Assembly: GCA_016906335.1 (NCBI GenBank) | Contig: JADEYG010000004.1 | Span: 682,001-746,000 of the forward strand | DNA from: Novakomyces olei | Taxonomy: Eukaryota | Direction: 5' to 3' | DNA length: 64,000 bases | Shown: piece by piece, positions 13,981 through 26,800 of the stretch | Numbering within the stretch: position 1 is the first letter of the stretch | How the letters are laid out: each line of letters opens with the position of its first letter | Position numbers and translations under genes: made by a program | Notes under the pieces: generated by a model | What the model saw: only the letters and a program-made list of their open reading frames with translations | Databases searched by the model: none | Told to the model about the DNA's origin: nothing

Positions 13981-14729
13981 ACCTGCATAAAAAAAATTTG
14001 TTCATTTATATTACATTTTCTGGGACTTGAGGAGAATAGTGAAATTTATATAAGTTTATATTAATTTCCTCTTTTGTTTGGAGAGATACATTATCTTAAG
14101 CAGATAGTAACTTGACATTATAGTCCTCAACGTTCGAAAGACCTTCCACGTTATTAGTAAGATAATAATATGTAATCATAGATGTCCGCTAATAATGTTA
14201 CCGCTTATTTGAATTTTTGTTCTCAAAAGAATATATTTAATATACAATATTCAACATTTCATATACAATTTTATTAAAAAATGTTTATTGGTTGTGTACA
14301 TGAGTATAAACAAAAGCAAAGTTGCAGAAAAATAATAATACAATTTAATTTGTTTGTTTTTTAATTAATATGATATTATAAAAAAAATACATAATATGTT
14401 AAACCTATAACATTTCAAATTGTTTTATTATATAACAGAAATAAGTTTAATAAAGTTAAGAAGAAAAAACTTTTATTGAAATAAGGATTTGTGAAAATAT
14501 TTAAATATTTTATCAGTTTTATTTTTTGTTTATCTATAAGGATATTTATATTCCGTTGAGTTTGATTGGTCTTTAATTTCAAATTTGAGATGATGCATAA
14601 TAACATATACGAAAATATATCATAGTATATTATGTTATTAATAGTTTTGTTTTGAAAACTAACAACAGCTTCTGAGAATCCTGCTAATCAATGATTTACA
14701 TATTAAATGGTTTGTATTTTATATATTTT

Positions 14730-16520
14730 TATTGAAGTAGGTGGGAAATTACTGATAATAGAAACGAATTTTAACTGAGACACAAACAGTCGGTTAGAAT
14801 CTTTATTATAAATACAGCTAAATAGAACATAGATAGTTTAAGCAAATTGACTACAATATTAATTCCAACAAAAACGTTCAAACAAATTTCTACGAATTCA
14901 ATAGGTTGAGAGTCTGAGAAATACTAGCAGCACGGAAGCGACTTTCAAAGTTCATGGAAACGCGGATTTGCCGTTTCTTGCCGTCCCTAAGCTGAATTAT
15001 TTGGTCAATACCCGCAATGGAGATTGAGGCTGGGCGATATTCTTGAGACTCAAGGTCTGGCACACGTGATGCCAAACGTTACGGATGAAAGAAATATAAT
15101 CGACGATGTCAGCTACAAATCGGCATTGGCCATGCTTTTTCTCACTCTTTAAAGTAGTAATGTCCGTACTGGTTCTTGACGATATTTGTCAAAAGTCACT
15201 GACACCCAAATTATTTCTTTCCAGCATAAATGCCGTTTTCTTGGGGAAATAAATACCGTCTAATTGTCCAAGTTACCGAGACCCTTTATGGGCTACAAGC
15301 ACAAGGATTATGATAAATATCGGAGCTAAATACGAGAGTCAACAGTCTTATTTTGAGCTTACGTGAATAGCCAAAAGACCTTCATTCAGAAGAAATTTAA
15401 AAAGTACATTCTAAAACGAGAAAAAGATGGGAGTGCTCAGAAGTAAAATACGTATCTGGGAGCGTTCAAAAAATTAAATCTTGAAGAAATACAAATAACA
15501 ATTCTCGTAAGCAAAGCAAAGAAATTATAGACAGACGTTTTGGTTCAGAAATGGCGTAGACAACATCTCGCGCTCCGGCATGCAAATACTGAAAGAAAAG
15601 GGGTCATACAGAAATTAACTGCAGATTTAAAAATGGCAGCTATTTCATATGTGGTGAAAAGGGTCATTTCAAAGCTGAATGAGATAAAGTCATGAGAAAA
15701 AATAAAAGTAATAAACGAAGCGAACATTTCTATCGTGTGGCGTTTTTAAATTCCTCAGTTGACTGTAAAAACATCAGCACAAAACGGATTCTTGACTGTG
15801 GTGCGTCGCATCACATGACGGAGAAACAGCTAGCGTTTGTAAATCTTAAACGTTATTATAATAATGAGCATCGTTATGTACTTGCTGCAGGAAAAGAGAA
15901 ATTAAGAACATTGGGATATGGAAACATTTGTTTGGGTTTTTCTGAGGATAAACAAGTCTTATTAAAAAAATCTTGTGAGTACCATCGCTTGGTTTCAAAT
16001 TAATCTCTTTTGGTGCACTTGATAATGAACACATACCCGTTTTCTCACAAGAGGAATAGCAGCACTTTACGACGCAACCTGAACAAAACTGGAGACTTCA
16101 AAAAAGATAATTTGTATTTGAAGGAAATAAAAACTGTTGATTGTGCCCATAAGCAAAACGTGCTCGCATGTTTTGGTACTAGATATGACAAAAAATGTAG
16201 AAATTTAATTTGGCTTGTTGTAGAGAATAGTGTTGTATCTCCTTTTAGCTACTTTTCTAAGTCTACTGACGCTGTACTATATAGTTTCTTTGGTTCCAGC
16301 CACCGAGTTACACTTTGGTAGCGCAAGCCTCTTTGTACTCAGTTCCAGCCACTCCAGCCATTTTGACTATTCCAGCTATTCCAGCCTTTCCTCCTCTTTT
16401 CCGTAGCCAGCCTTCCTGTTCTTTTTCTGTGACGTCCAAGCTTGACATATTCCTATAAAAAATAATGATTTGGCATGAACTACTAATGCACTTAAATGAA
16501 AAATACATGACAGCTTAGTC
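14730..16520 (+). mobile_element. Degenerate 5' half of a copia element related to 32615-37127 (LTR, PBS, gag, protease)
   Basis: After an LTR-like segment and degenerate PBS (GGTTGAGAGTCTGA, ~14905), the sequence aligns with gag of the younger copy (FKVHGNADLPFL) and protease (ILDCGASHHMT). It carries many stops and frameshifts. Confidence 0.85.
16196..16457 (-). mobile_element. Solo LTR, family D (TATAGG...CTACA), TSD AAAAA
   Basis: Near-identical inverted copy at 18619-18862. It interrupts copia coding sequence, which resumes after the TSD. Confidence 0.85.
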
Positions 16521-17201
16521 GAACTTATAGAAATTTGTGTAACGTGATTGTTTGAATAAATGTTGTATTCAGTTTTCGTTAACTATCCCTGTTTTATCTA
16601 GTTGTTTTTATATTTAAAACGTAGTTGTTTATTTGGTAGCAATTTATGATTGCTAATATCGTTAGTTTATTCGTTGTGCGACTTCTCTATTTATAAGCGT
16701 TTCCCTACTTTGGCCTAGATGTATTCTTCAGAGTGATTTGGGAATGTCTCAAGAGTAGAAAAGAAGATTTGGTAAATTGGCAGCCAATCAGAATACACAT
16801 TACAACACTCTTTCTCAACCTAACTCGTTTTCTTTTTCACCTTGTTACCTTTGGAATAAATTTTTCACGCAAATAGGCAAAAACATTTTTTCCAAGCTTT
16901 TATCATAATGTCCGCAACTTATTTTGCAGTTTTAAAGTACTTCATAATAATCTGTTTACTTTTTTGTGAGCTCCCGTAATCGCCAAATTTCAATTCAAGA
17001 TGCTTCAATTTTTTCATCGGGCTTCCTTTATGAGCCTGTAATTTTGTTCTCTAATTATTTCAATATGCTCAATCTGCTTGTCGGTCTCCAATATTTCGTT
17101 TATCAACCGTTTATGGTCAGTCCAGTTTTTGTCGCAGCGTGAGCACTTGTATATTTTTCTTCGCAAGTTGAATCTGTTATAACGCTTTGCTTTGTTAATT
17201 T

Positions 17202-17389
17202 CATAGGAAAGTATATAAAGCTTGTGCAGCGGCTAATTACTAATTATAGAAATATAATTTACCGTGAGAAATGCGATGGCAAACCGGCAGACTGTAAATA
17301 GGCTTAGCTAGAATCACCATAATTAACGAAAACTGAATACAACATTTATTCCATTTAACACGTTCGAAACAAATTTACAAGATTCAACA
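17202..17389 (+). mobile_element. LTR copy of copia family B
   Basis: Reverse-complement match to 18915-19125, with a small internal deletion. Confidence 0.8.
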
Positions 17390-18618
17390 GACACACATCA
17401 CTGCGAGCTCGTTCGAATAGTTGTAGCGTGATCGTAGCCTTTGTCAAATTGTAGACTCGTAAATATTCCCCACGCATTCGTGACACGGAAGAATCGCTGG
17501 ATTTTAAGGTCATTCAATTTTCCATTCGCACATTCGTTAATTAATTTAGATAAATAGTTCATGTTTGAGGGTGAAGCTTGTTAGTGTAAGAAATTACTGA
17601 TAGTAGAAATGAAACTTTGACCGAGACAAAAACAGCCGGTTAGAATTTGAACTATAAATACAGAGCATAAATAGCTAACGCAAACTGAATACACCATTTA
17701 TTCAAACGAACACGTTCAACAAAATTCTACAAGGTCAAAAATGTTGACATGCACAAACCGATTATGCCATTGTTCAGAATTTTTTTTCTGTTGTTGTAGC
17801 TATTGTAGCTAATGCACTTTGGCAATCATTATTTTTATTGTCTCCTAAAGCTTTTTAAAGGCCTCATTTAGTTTTCTCAGTCAAAATAATGCTTCTGTTT
17901 GTTCTATCATTTTTTTTAATCAAATCTTCGGCGGTATAGCAGAAATCGATTTTTTCTAGACCTAGTTTTCGAATCGATAGCAAGTTAAATTCAAGTTCAG
18001 GAACCCAAAGTGTTGTTTTAAGTCAAGAACGACTTTTGGCTTCGGCTGAATACACTCCGTACCAAATGCTTTAGCAAGCGTTGTATCTCGAGCAGCGGTT
18101 TTTATATTAACGTTGCATGGACGCACAGTGCCTTGAAGCATTGCTTTATATAACGTCATATGTGCTGCTGCTTCGCTGTCTAGTATCCATTCATTGGATC
18201 TAATATTATAAAAAGCGCACTGAAGTGTGGTTGAACAATATTATTATCGAACTCCCATTTGCTGCAAGTTGCAGCACGATTACCAAGCTTTCCACATCTG
18301 AGGAACACATATTGTTTACTCCAACACATGTCTTCCGTATGCCCAAATATATTGCAGATGCATTAACGCGTCACGCAAGTGACAGGAGCCAAAACATTTC
18401 TTCTACCAAACTCATCTTCATATTCTTCTCTGCATATTCTTCTCTGAGAACGTTGAGACAAAAGACTCGATTCCGGCACAACTTTCAATTGCGTTAAAAC
18501 ACATTCTGGACAAAGACCTTTTTCAATTTTCCAAAGTCGCGTGGGATTTTTCAACTCGTTTCATTTTCAGACTGTTAATCTGTAGTTGTTTACATTATGA
18601 ACAGGTAGTTGTTGTTAT

Positions 18619-18862
18619 TATAGGAATATGTCAAGCTTGGACGTCACAGAAAAAGAACAGGAAGGCTGGCTACAGAAAAGAGGACGAATGGCTGGAGTGG
18701 CTGGAGTGGCTGGAACTGAGTACAAAGAGGCTTGCGCTACCAAAGTGTAACTCGGTGGCTGGAACCAAAGAAACTATATAGTACAGCGTCAGTAGACTTA
18801 GAAAAGTAGCTAAAAGGAGATACAACACTATTCTCTACAACAAGCCAAATTAAATTTCTACA
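18619..18862 (+). mobile_element. Solo LTR, family D, TSD GTTAT
   Basis: GTTAT at 18614-18618 and 18863-18867. Termini are TATAGG...CTACA. Confidence 0.88.
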
Positions 18863-19580
18863 GTTATTGCTGATTAAACTGTCATTCGACTACTCTATTT
18901 ATAGACGTTTCCGCTGTTGAATCTTGTAAGTTTGTTTCGAACGTGTTAAATGGAATAAATGTTGTATTCAATTTTCGTTAATTATAGTGATTCTAGCTAA
19001 GTCTATTTATAGTCTGCCGGTTTGCCATCGCATTCTCACGGTAAAATTTATCCCACTTCTCACGGTAAATTATATTTCTATAATTAGTAATTAGCCGCTG
19101 CACAAGCTTGATTTACTTTCCTATACTCCCTCTCAAGCTTGTAGTCGTTCGATTCTTGAATCTCCTTTCACCAGCTTTTGTTGTAAGTGTGTAAAAATCT
19201 TTTTACATAAAGGCTTTGTTAAAATATCCGCAAGTTGCTCTTTTGTAGATATATAATCGACAATCACTGTGCCGTTTTCGGTAAGATTTCGCAGAAACAT
19301 ATATCGTACATCAAGGTGCTTTAGTCGTCTCATTGGGCTTGTTTTATGTGCAATGCAAATTGCACTTTTGTTGTCGGAGCAAAGACGAATTGGAGATTCG
19401 ATTTTTAAAAGCTCCTTTGCCAGATTGTAGAGACCTAATGTATGCACAATTGCCGAACAAGCACTTATATATTCAGCCTCGCATGTCGATAAGGCAACGA
19501 CTTTTTGCTTTGTTGACATCCAGTGAACTAACGAATTACCTAAAAACAATGCCATTCCCGAAGTGGATTTTCTTTCCATT

Positions 19581-20212
19581 TGTAAGACGGTCCTTACAGC
19601 TACAAACGCTGGGGCCGGTCGTGTATAGTTCTAAATAGAAGTAAAGGAATAAATGGCACAAGAGAAACAGAAAGCGATTACTGTAAAGCTTACCAGGAGT
19701 AATATAATATATTACTCCCACTTTGAGATAATCAACCCGTGAAGGGCAAGAGGCCTTCACGGGCAACTATAAACTAAACTAAGTTGCGGAGGAGCGGATG
19801 CTCCTTCGCACTCTAAACTACTCTTCCCAAACTAACTTGAGCGAAGGTCGCGCAAGTTAGAGCGGGAAGCTCTCAACCTAAACTAGACTATGGAAATAAC
19901 TATGAATGTTCTCGCGCTAGCGGAGTGCGAAGGGTCGCACTCGCTAGCGTGCGAGAATGAGAACGGGAAGCGAGGTCCGTGCACATTGTGCATGGAGCCC
20001 CTCGCTCCCGTGGGCCAAGCTGGCTTAGTGCGCGTACCTACATGCGCACTAAGACAACTTCTACGTCCCAAGACCATCGCATTACGCGCCGACTGGTCTT
20101 GGGCCGCGTTGGCGAAGCTTGCGACGCGCGGACATGCCAAGTCCGACTACAGGCGTCGCCCCTCGCTTCCCAACGCGGTTGTCAGGAACTCGCCAAGGCG
20201 AGGATCATGACA
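19581..20212 (-). mobile_element. Solo LTR of the gypsy element at 21904-28862, TSD CCATT
   Basis: Inverted near-identical copy of 21904-22534. CCATT lies at 19576-19580 and 20213-20217. Confidence 0.95.
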
Positions 20213-21014
20213 CCATTCTATCACTTGCATAGTCAGCGTCGCGATAAACTGTCATGTTTAGTGCAACCGAATTGCTTTGGTACTCTAATCCCTTATCTTT
20301 CGTATCCCTTAAATAAGCCGTAATACATTGAACCAATTCTAGGCATTCATCTGTGGGTTTCTTTTGATATCTTGCTGCATGGGATACAGCGAAGGATATA
20401 TCTGGCCGAGTGCATCTGCTTATCCAAAGTAGCATGCCAACCCATTTTCGATAATTTTCATTGTTAATAGGTTTCCCATTCAATTCCACGTAATTCCTTA
20501 TGGGGATTCGTTTCTTAGGCAAATCATGACAATCGAATTCTTTGATTGTTTTTGTAATTGCTGCTTTTTGACTTATTTTTTAAGTTCCCAATATTTTGGT
20601 CATAACAAAATTCCATCCCAAGAAATTGATGAATTTCACCCAAGTCTTTGACCTTAAATGCTTTTTGTAATTTTTCCTTTGTTCGTCTCATTTCATTTAA
20701 ATCCTCCCCCATAATGATAATGTCATCAACGTAAATAAGCAAAAACAATTTACTTTGGGGTCTGTATAATATACAGTCTTCAACTTTCGATTCCATAAAA
20801 CAAGTTCCCATCAATACTGTGAAAAGCTTTTTGTACCAACATCTAGGGGCTTGCTTTAACCCGTAGAGCGATCTTTTCAGTTTGCACACTTTTCCTGTTC
20901 CATCGTCAAATCCTTCTGGTTGCTTCATATAGACACATTCTTCTAATTCGCCGTTCAAAAATGCAGTTGTAACATCCATCTGATGAATATTCCATTTTTG
21001 CATGGCTCCATAAG

Positions 21015-21417
21015 TGTGAGAAACTGAAAGGTCGCCGAAGTTCGAAGAACCTTCGGCGGAGCCTATCCTGCCTCTACAGGTACTGTTGCTTAAACAGCGG
21101 AGGTAGCCGCAGCAAAAAGGAGGAGAGTTCGTAGAACTCGTAAATTGAATTCTATTCTTGTATTAAAGAGAGTTAACCCGTGAAGAGAAATCTCTTCCCG
21201 GGTGCGGAACTATTTATAGAACTTTGGCGTGACTGTTGCGTGGCTGGCGAAGTCCAGCCACGCGGTGGCTGAATTGCCCAGTCGGGCCTAGTTCCACTTC
21301 GTGCGGAAGATACAGCTTCCGCACGGAACTATGAAAAGATCCTACGAACAACTATGAAAAGAACCGTTAAAAGTTCCAAAATGGAACTTTGCGAATGGAA
21401 CTTCGCGGTTCATTACA
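21015..21417 (-). mobile_element. Solo LTR (second gypsy-like family), TSD ATAAG
   Basis: TG...CA termini, ATAAG on both sides, and copia RT sequence resumes exactly afterwards. Orientation is inferred from the TATA/hairpin shared with the gypsy LTR. Confidence 0.88.
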
Positions 21418-22870
21418 ATAAGCCAGCAAAGTGCGAAGTAATTCTAAAGACATGGTCGGGGCGTATGTCGCTTGATAGTCTACTCCCTCACGCTGACCAA
21501 ATCTCTTCGCAACCAATCGTGCTCGATACTGTCCAACTTGCCCATTAACGTCTGCTTTAGTTTTAAAGACCCATCGATTTCCAATAGCATTAGCTCCCTT
21601 GGTGCATCCACTAATATCCATGTTACGGTGCGCTATATGATGTTAGCGGTCAAAATTACTCTCTCACGCTCTGTAGTAATAGAACCAATAAATTAACTAA
21701 TGAACAAGGCTGCCTCAAGCGAGCCTGTCGATAGATACTAACAAGACAAAGACAAATAGTTGTAGAACACAGTAAAACAGTTGAAAGCCCTGTCCAGCAG
21801 GGCCAGGGCCAAGGCCAAGGGCGCCTTATATAGTAACTAAAACAAAGAAAATTACCTATTTAGTCTACAAGGGAGATTAAGATAGGTCTTAATCTTTCAT
21901 ATGTGTCATGATCCTCGCCTTGGCGAGTCCCTGACAACCGCGTTGGGAAGCGAGGGGCGACGCCTGTAGTCGGACTTGGGATGTCCGCGCGTCGCGAGCT
22001 TCGCCAACGCGGCCCAAGACCAGTCGGCGCGTAATGCGATGGTCTTGGGACGTAGAAGTTGTCTTAGTGCGCATGTAGGTACGCGCACTAAGCCAGCTTG
22101 GCCCACGGGAGCGAGGGGCTCCATGCACAATGTGCACGGACCTCGCTTCCCGTTCTCATTCTCGCACGCTAGCGAGTGCGACCCTTCGCACTCCGCTAGC
22201 GCGAGAACATTCATAGTTATTTCCATAGTCTAGTTTAGGTTGAGAGCTTCCCGCTCTAACTTGCGCGACCTTCGCTCAAGTTAGTTTGGGAAGAGTAGTT
22301 TAGAGTGCGAAGGAGCATCCGCTCCTCCGCAACTTAGTTTAGTTTATAGTTGCCCGTGAAGGCCTCTTGCCCTTCACGGGTTGATTATCTCAAAGTGGGA
22401 GTAATATATTATATTACTCCTGGTAAGCTTTACAGTAATCGCTTTCTGCTTTCCTGGTCTTTCTTATTCCTTTACTTTATTTAAACTATACACGGCCGGC
22501 CTCCAGCGATTGTAGCTGTAAGGACCGTCTTACACTATAATCAACCCGTCCCGGTCGTTGAAGTTTGAAGTTTTTTGGAATTGTTTGTGTTTTATTTCCT
22601 TCGGATTCGAAAGAGTTTCGGACGTCGAGTCAAAGACGCGGTTCGGTACTTATTTTTACGGATTTTTACGGAAGTTAAAACGGTTAAAGCGTCGAGTGAA
22701 GGACGTGGATTCGAGTTTGAGAATTTTGAGTTATCGAGTGTTCCGGTGAAACACAGTTATTTTGAGTTATTGAGTATCGGCTTGGATAGTCGACGATTGA
22801 GTGAACAATTTACGAAGAACGGTTCTGGAAGAACGATTACGATTACGAGTTTTGCGGTACGAGGGACAAG

Positions 22871-23803
22871 ATGTCGCAAGAGGAGCTTAACACCTTTTTG
22901 CAATCCCTGCAAACTCAGATTGCCGAGTTGAAGGCAGAGAACGAGAAAGGGCGATCGCACATTGCGCATCTGACCCAGGAGATCGGTTCGCGAGCTAAGA
23001 GAGCTCCGACGAGTGACGGACCAGCGGTGATGAAGCCCGACGCGTTTCGTGGGGACCGCAAAATGGTCGAGAATTTTTTGGCGCAGCTTCGCCTTTACAT
23101 CATGTTGAAACCGCACGAGTTTCGCGACGAGCGTTCGAAGGTTCTGTTCGCAGCTTCGTATTTGCGGGACGCCGCATTTGCGTGGTTCGAACCACACCTT
23201 CGCAACAACGACTTCGCTTCGGTAGTACCTACTTTTGAAGCCTTTTGCGAAGCGTTGGCCGCGAATTTCGGCAAGGTCGACAGGGTGAGTCAGGCGCAAA
23301 GAGAGTTAGCCGCCTTGAGACAACGTGGATCAGCAGCATCTTATGCGAGCATTTTTCAAAGAATTGCTTCGTATTTGGATTTCAATGACAGTGCGCTGAC
23401 GTTTATGTATTATCAGGGGCTGAAGGATCGCATCAAGGATGAGCTTTCCAGGATGGACAGACCCCGCACTTTGAATGAAATGATTGAGATATCAGTTCGC
23501 GTGGATGGAAGAATATCCGACAGGCACATCGAGAGTGCAAGCCGCGGTTCCGTGAAATATTCCAACAACCGCCCGGCTGCAAACGCGAGTACAAGTTTTA
23601 CTCCTATGGATGTGGACGCGATTAGTTTAGAAAAGGAAGATGACAACCATCGCAAAAGCAACATCAAATGCTTTAACTGTGGACGCGTGGGTCATCGAGC
23701 AAGAGAATGCAAGCAGAAGAAGAAGACGTACAATCAGCAACACGTCGCTGCATTCACGCACGAATTTTCCGATTTGGGAAAAGCGAACGCCCAGGTCCAA
23801 TGA
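22871..23803 (+). CDS. gag: Gag (retrotransposon capsid + CCHC zinc knuckle)
   Basis: PDAFRGDR...FAASYLRDAAFAWF, LRQRGSAASY, QGLKDRIKDEL, PMDVDA and CFNCGRVGHRAREC. Confidence 0.95.
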   Translation: MSQEELNTFLQSLQTQIAELKAENEKGRSHIAHLTQEIGSRAKRAPTSDGPAVMKPDAFRGDRKMVENFLAQLRLYIMLKPHEFRDERSKVLFAASYLRDAAFAWFEPHLRNNDFASVVPTFEAFCEALAANFGKVDRVSQAQRELAALRQRGSAASYASIFQRIASYLDFNDSALTFMYYQGLKDRIKDELSRMDRPRTLNEMIEISVRVDGRISDRHIESASRGSVKYSNNRPAANASTSFTPMDVDAISLEKEDDNHRKSNIKCFNCGRVGHRARECKQKKKTYNQQHVAAFTHEFSDLGKANAQVQ

Positions 23804-26800
23804 AAAGGCCTGATCTGGGCAAACAACTATTTAGGCCACCAGAAGTTATGACAGTTTTTACGGAACCGGACAAAGCAAAGCATCTGACTGTCGTCGTGAA
23901 AGTCAAGACAGAGGATGGAGAGTTGAACGCGAGAGCCCTGATTGACTCAGGAGCTACCTCTAATTTTATCAGCGAGAAGCTCGCATCGCATGCTTTTATT
24001 AAGCTTACGGAGAAGAGCGAGACCGAGCCCATCAGAGTCGTTGATGGAAGGACAATCAAGTCAGGAGGTATTCGCTTTCACACCAGCGAGATGGATATAT
24101 CAATTGGCGAACATCGAGAAAGGATGACCTTCAATGTCATACCTCTTCGTGGATACGATGCTATCTTGGGCAAGCCATGGTTGGACAAGCATGAGCCTAC
24201 GATCGAATGGAGTCGCGCAAACGTCGAGTTTAAGTCGAACTACTGTTTGGCGAACTGTTTGAAGTGCAATACATTATCCGAATCCATGCAAGTCAGCGCA
24301 ACCGAATTTGCAAGATTGGCTCGTAATGGAGAATCAGGCATTTTATGTGTGTACGCAACGGACGAGCAAGATATCAAGCCTCGCGTTACATTGCCTGGGT
24401 TCTACGAGGGATATCGCGACCTATTTGAGAAGAAGAACGCGGACGTTTTGCCGAAACATCAACCTTGGGATCATGCGATACCCTTGGCCGAAAATGCAAA
24501 GCCGCCTTTTGGTCCGATCTACCCGCTCGCCGAACGCGAATTGCAAACGCTGAGAGATTATATCAAGGAAAACCTCGCTAAAGGTTTTATACGACCGTCG
24601 TCGTCGCCCGCGGGGGCGCCGATCTTATTTGTCAAAAAGAAAGATGGATCGCTTAGATTATGCGTTGACTATCGCGGTCTGAACGCAATCACTGTCAAAA
24701 ACAGATATGCATTACCGCTTATATCCGAACTTCTAGATCGCATTCGCCAAGCAACTATTTTTACGCGATTGGATCTTCGCGGTGCATATAATTTGGTTAG
24801 GATACGAAAAGGCGACGAATGGAAAACGGCCTTTCGTACGAGGTACGGCCACTACGAGTACCAAGTCATGCCGTTTGGGCTTACGAATGCCCCGGCTTCG
24901 TTTCAAGCACTCGCCAACGACACTTTGCGAGATTGCCTGGATCGATATGTTGTCGTTTACTTGGACGATATACTGATTTACTCAAATACAGAGGAAGAAC
25001 ACGTGGAGCACGTGCGCGGAGTATTGGAGAGACTTCGCAAGGCAAATTTATTTGTCAAATTGGAGAAATGCGAATTCCATACCGACACAACGGAGTTTCT
25101 TGGCTTCGTGATTTCAACGAAAGGTGTGTCGATGGAAAATACGAAGGTCAAATCGATTGAAACATGGCCCGAGCCAAAGAATGTTAAGGAGGTTATGTCG
25201 TTCCTGGGACTGGCGAACTATTACCGAAGATTCATCGCCAACTACAGCAAGATTACGGTACCTCTTACCCGGCTTTTAAAGAAGGATACAAAGTTCGTGT
25301 TTAGCGACGAATGCAGGGAGTCATTCAATGCGTTGAAGGATGCATTCTTAGGCGCACCTATTCTTGTGCACTTTGATCCACAAAAGCCGAGCTTCTTGGA
25401 AACGGACGCCTCAGATTTTGCGATAGGCGGGATCCTTTCGCAAAAGGATGAAAACGGCGACACGAGACCAATCGCATTTTACTCGCGCAAGATGACAAGC
25501 GCAGAGACGAACTACGACATTCACGACAAGGAGCTATTAGCTATTGTTGTATGTCTTCGGGAATGGAGGGTATACTTGGAGAGTCCCCTTCACAAAACCA
25601 CGATATACACGGATCATCGCAATCTTGTGTACTTTTGGACCGCGCGTGTCCTGAATAGACGGCAAATGCGCTGGTCGCAGTTACTTGCGTCTTACGATTT
25701 TGTGATCGTGTATCGTGCGGGAAAGTTTAACCACAAGGCTGACTCCTTATCGCGAAGAAGCGATTACGTTAGCAGCGAAGAGGAGGAAAAGCCAGAACGA
25801 ACAATGGTGCTTTTGGACAAATCGCAATTTGTGTTTGCGATTGAGGACAACAAAACGCTGGCACAGGATATTAAGAAATGCTACGAGAAGGACAGCATTT
25901 GCAAAAATATTATTGAGGAGTTAAAGAGCAAGCCTCGTGCTGCTCATTTGGAGAACTATACAATAGACAAGGAAGGTCTGTTAATGTTCTCGGGTGTGAT
26001 TTACATACCCAGAGACAACGATTTGCGATTATCAATCATGCAAGAATGTCATGATTCGCAGACTTCAGGTCACCCCGGACAGGCTAAGACGCTAGAGCTT
26101 GTGACAAGGAACTATTACTGGCCAAGGATGCGAAAGGACGTATTTAACTATGTGGAGTCATGCGACACTTGCGCACGAAGTAAATCATCGCATCATGCTC
26201 CCTACGGTCTATTACATTCGTTGCGAGTACCTACAAAGCCTTGGGAAAGCATTGCTATGGACTTCATTGTGAAGCTCCCGGTGTCAAGAGATGTCATCAC
26301 AGGCAAAGACTACGACTCAATTTGGGTTATAGTATGTCGCTTTACGAAGATAGGCATCTTTGTACCAATATGCGAGACCATGAGCGCGAAAGAACTAGCA
26401 TTGCTATACGCTCACAGAGTATTTGCTAACTTTGGACTGCCAGAAGAAATTATCTCAGATCGTGGATCAGTTTTCGTATCACATTTTACGAAGCATTTAC
26501 TCGCACATTGTGATATCAAGCAAAGGTTATCAACTGCGTACCATCCCCAGAGCGATGGACAAACGGAAAGGCTTAATCAGAGCCTCGAACAATATTTGAG
26601 AATTTACAGCAATTACCAACAAACGAATTGGGTAAACTTGCTACCTTTTGCACAGTTCGCATATAACAATACTGAGCAATCATCGACAAAAGCGACACCT
26701 AGTTATGCTTTGTATGGGTATCACCCCAAATGCCGTTTTACGATAGCAACAGCACGGCAATGCCCATCGGCGGACAATCGGATTGATTTTTTGAGGACAC

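Noticed and set aside
21906-22233. ORFs inside the gypsy LTR (106, 85 and 82-115 aa), repeated three times
   Set aside because: Their recurrence only reflects near-identical GC-rich LTR copies, and no domain is recognisable.
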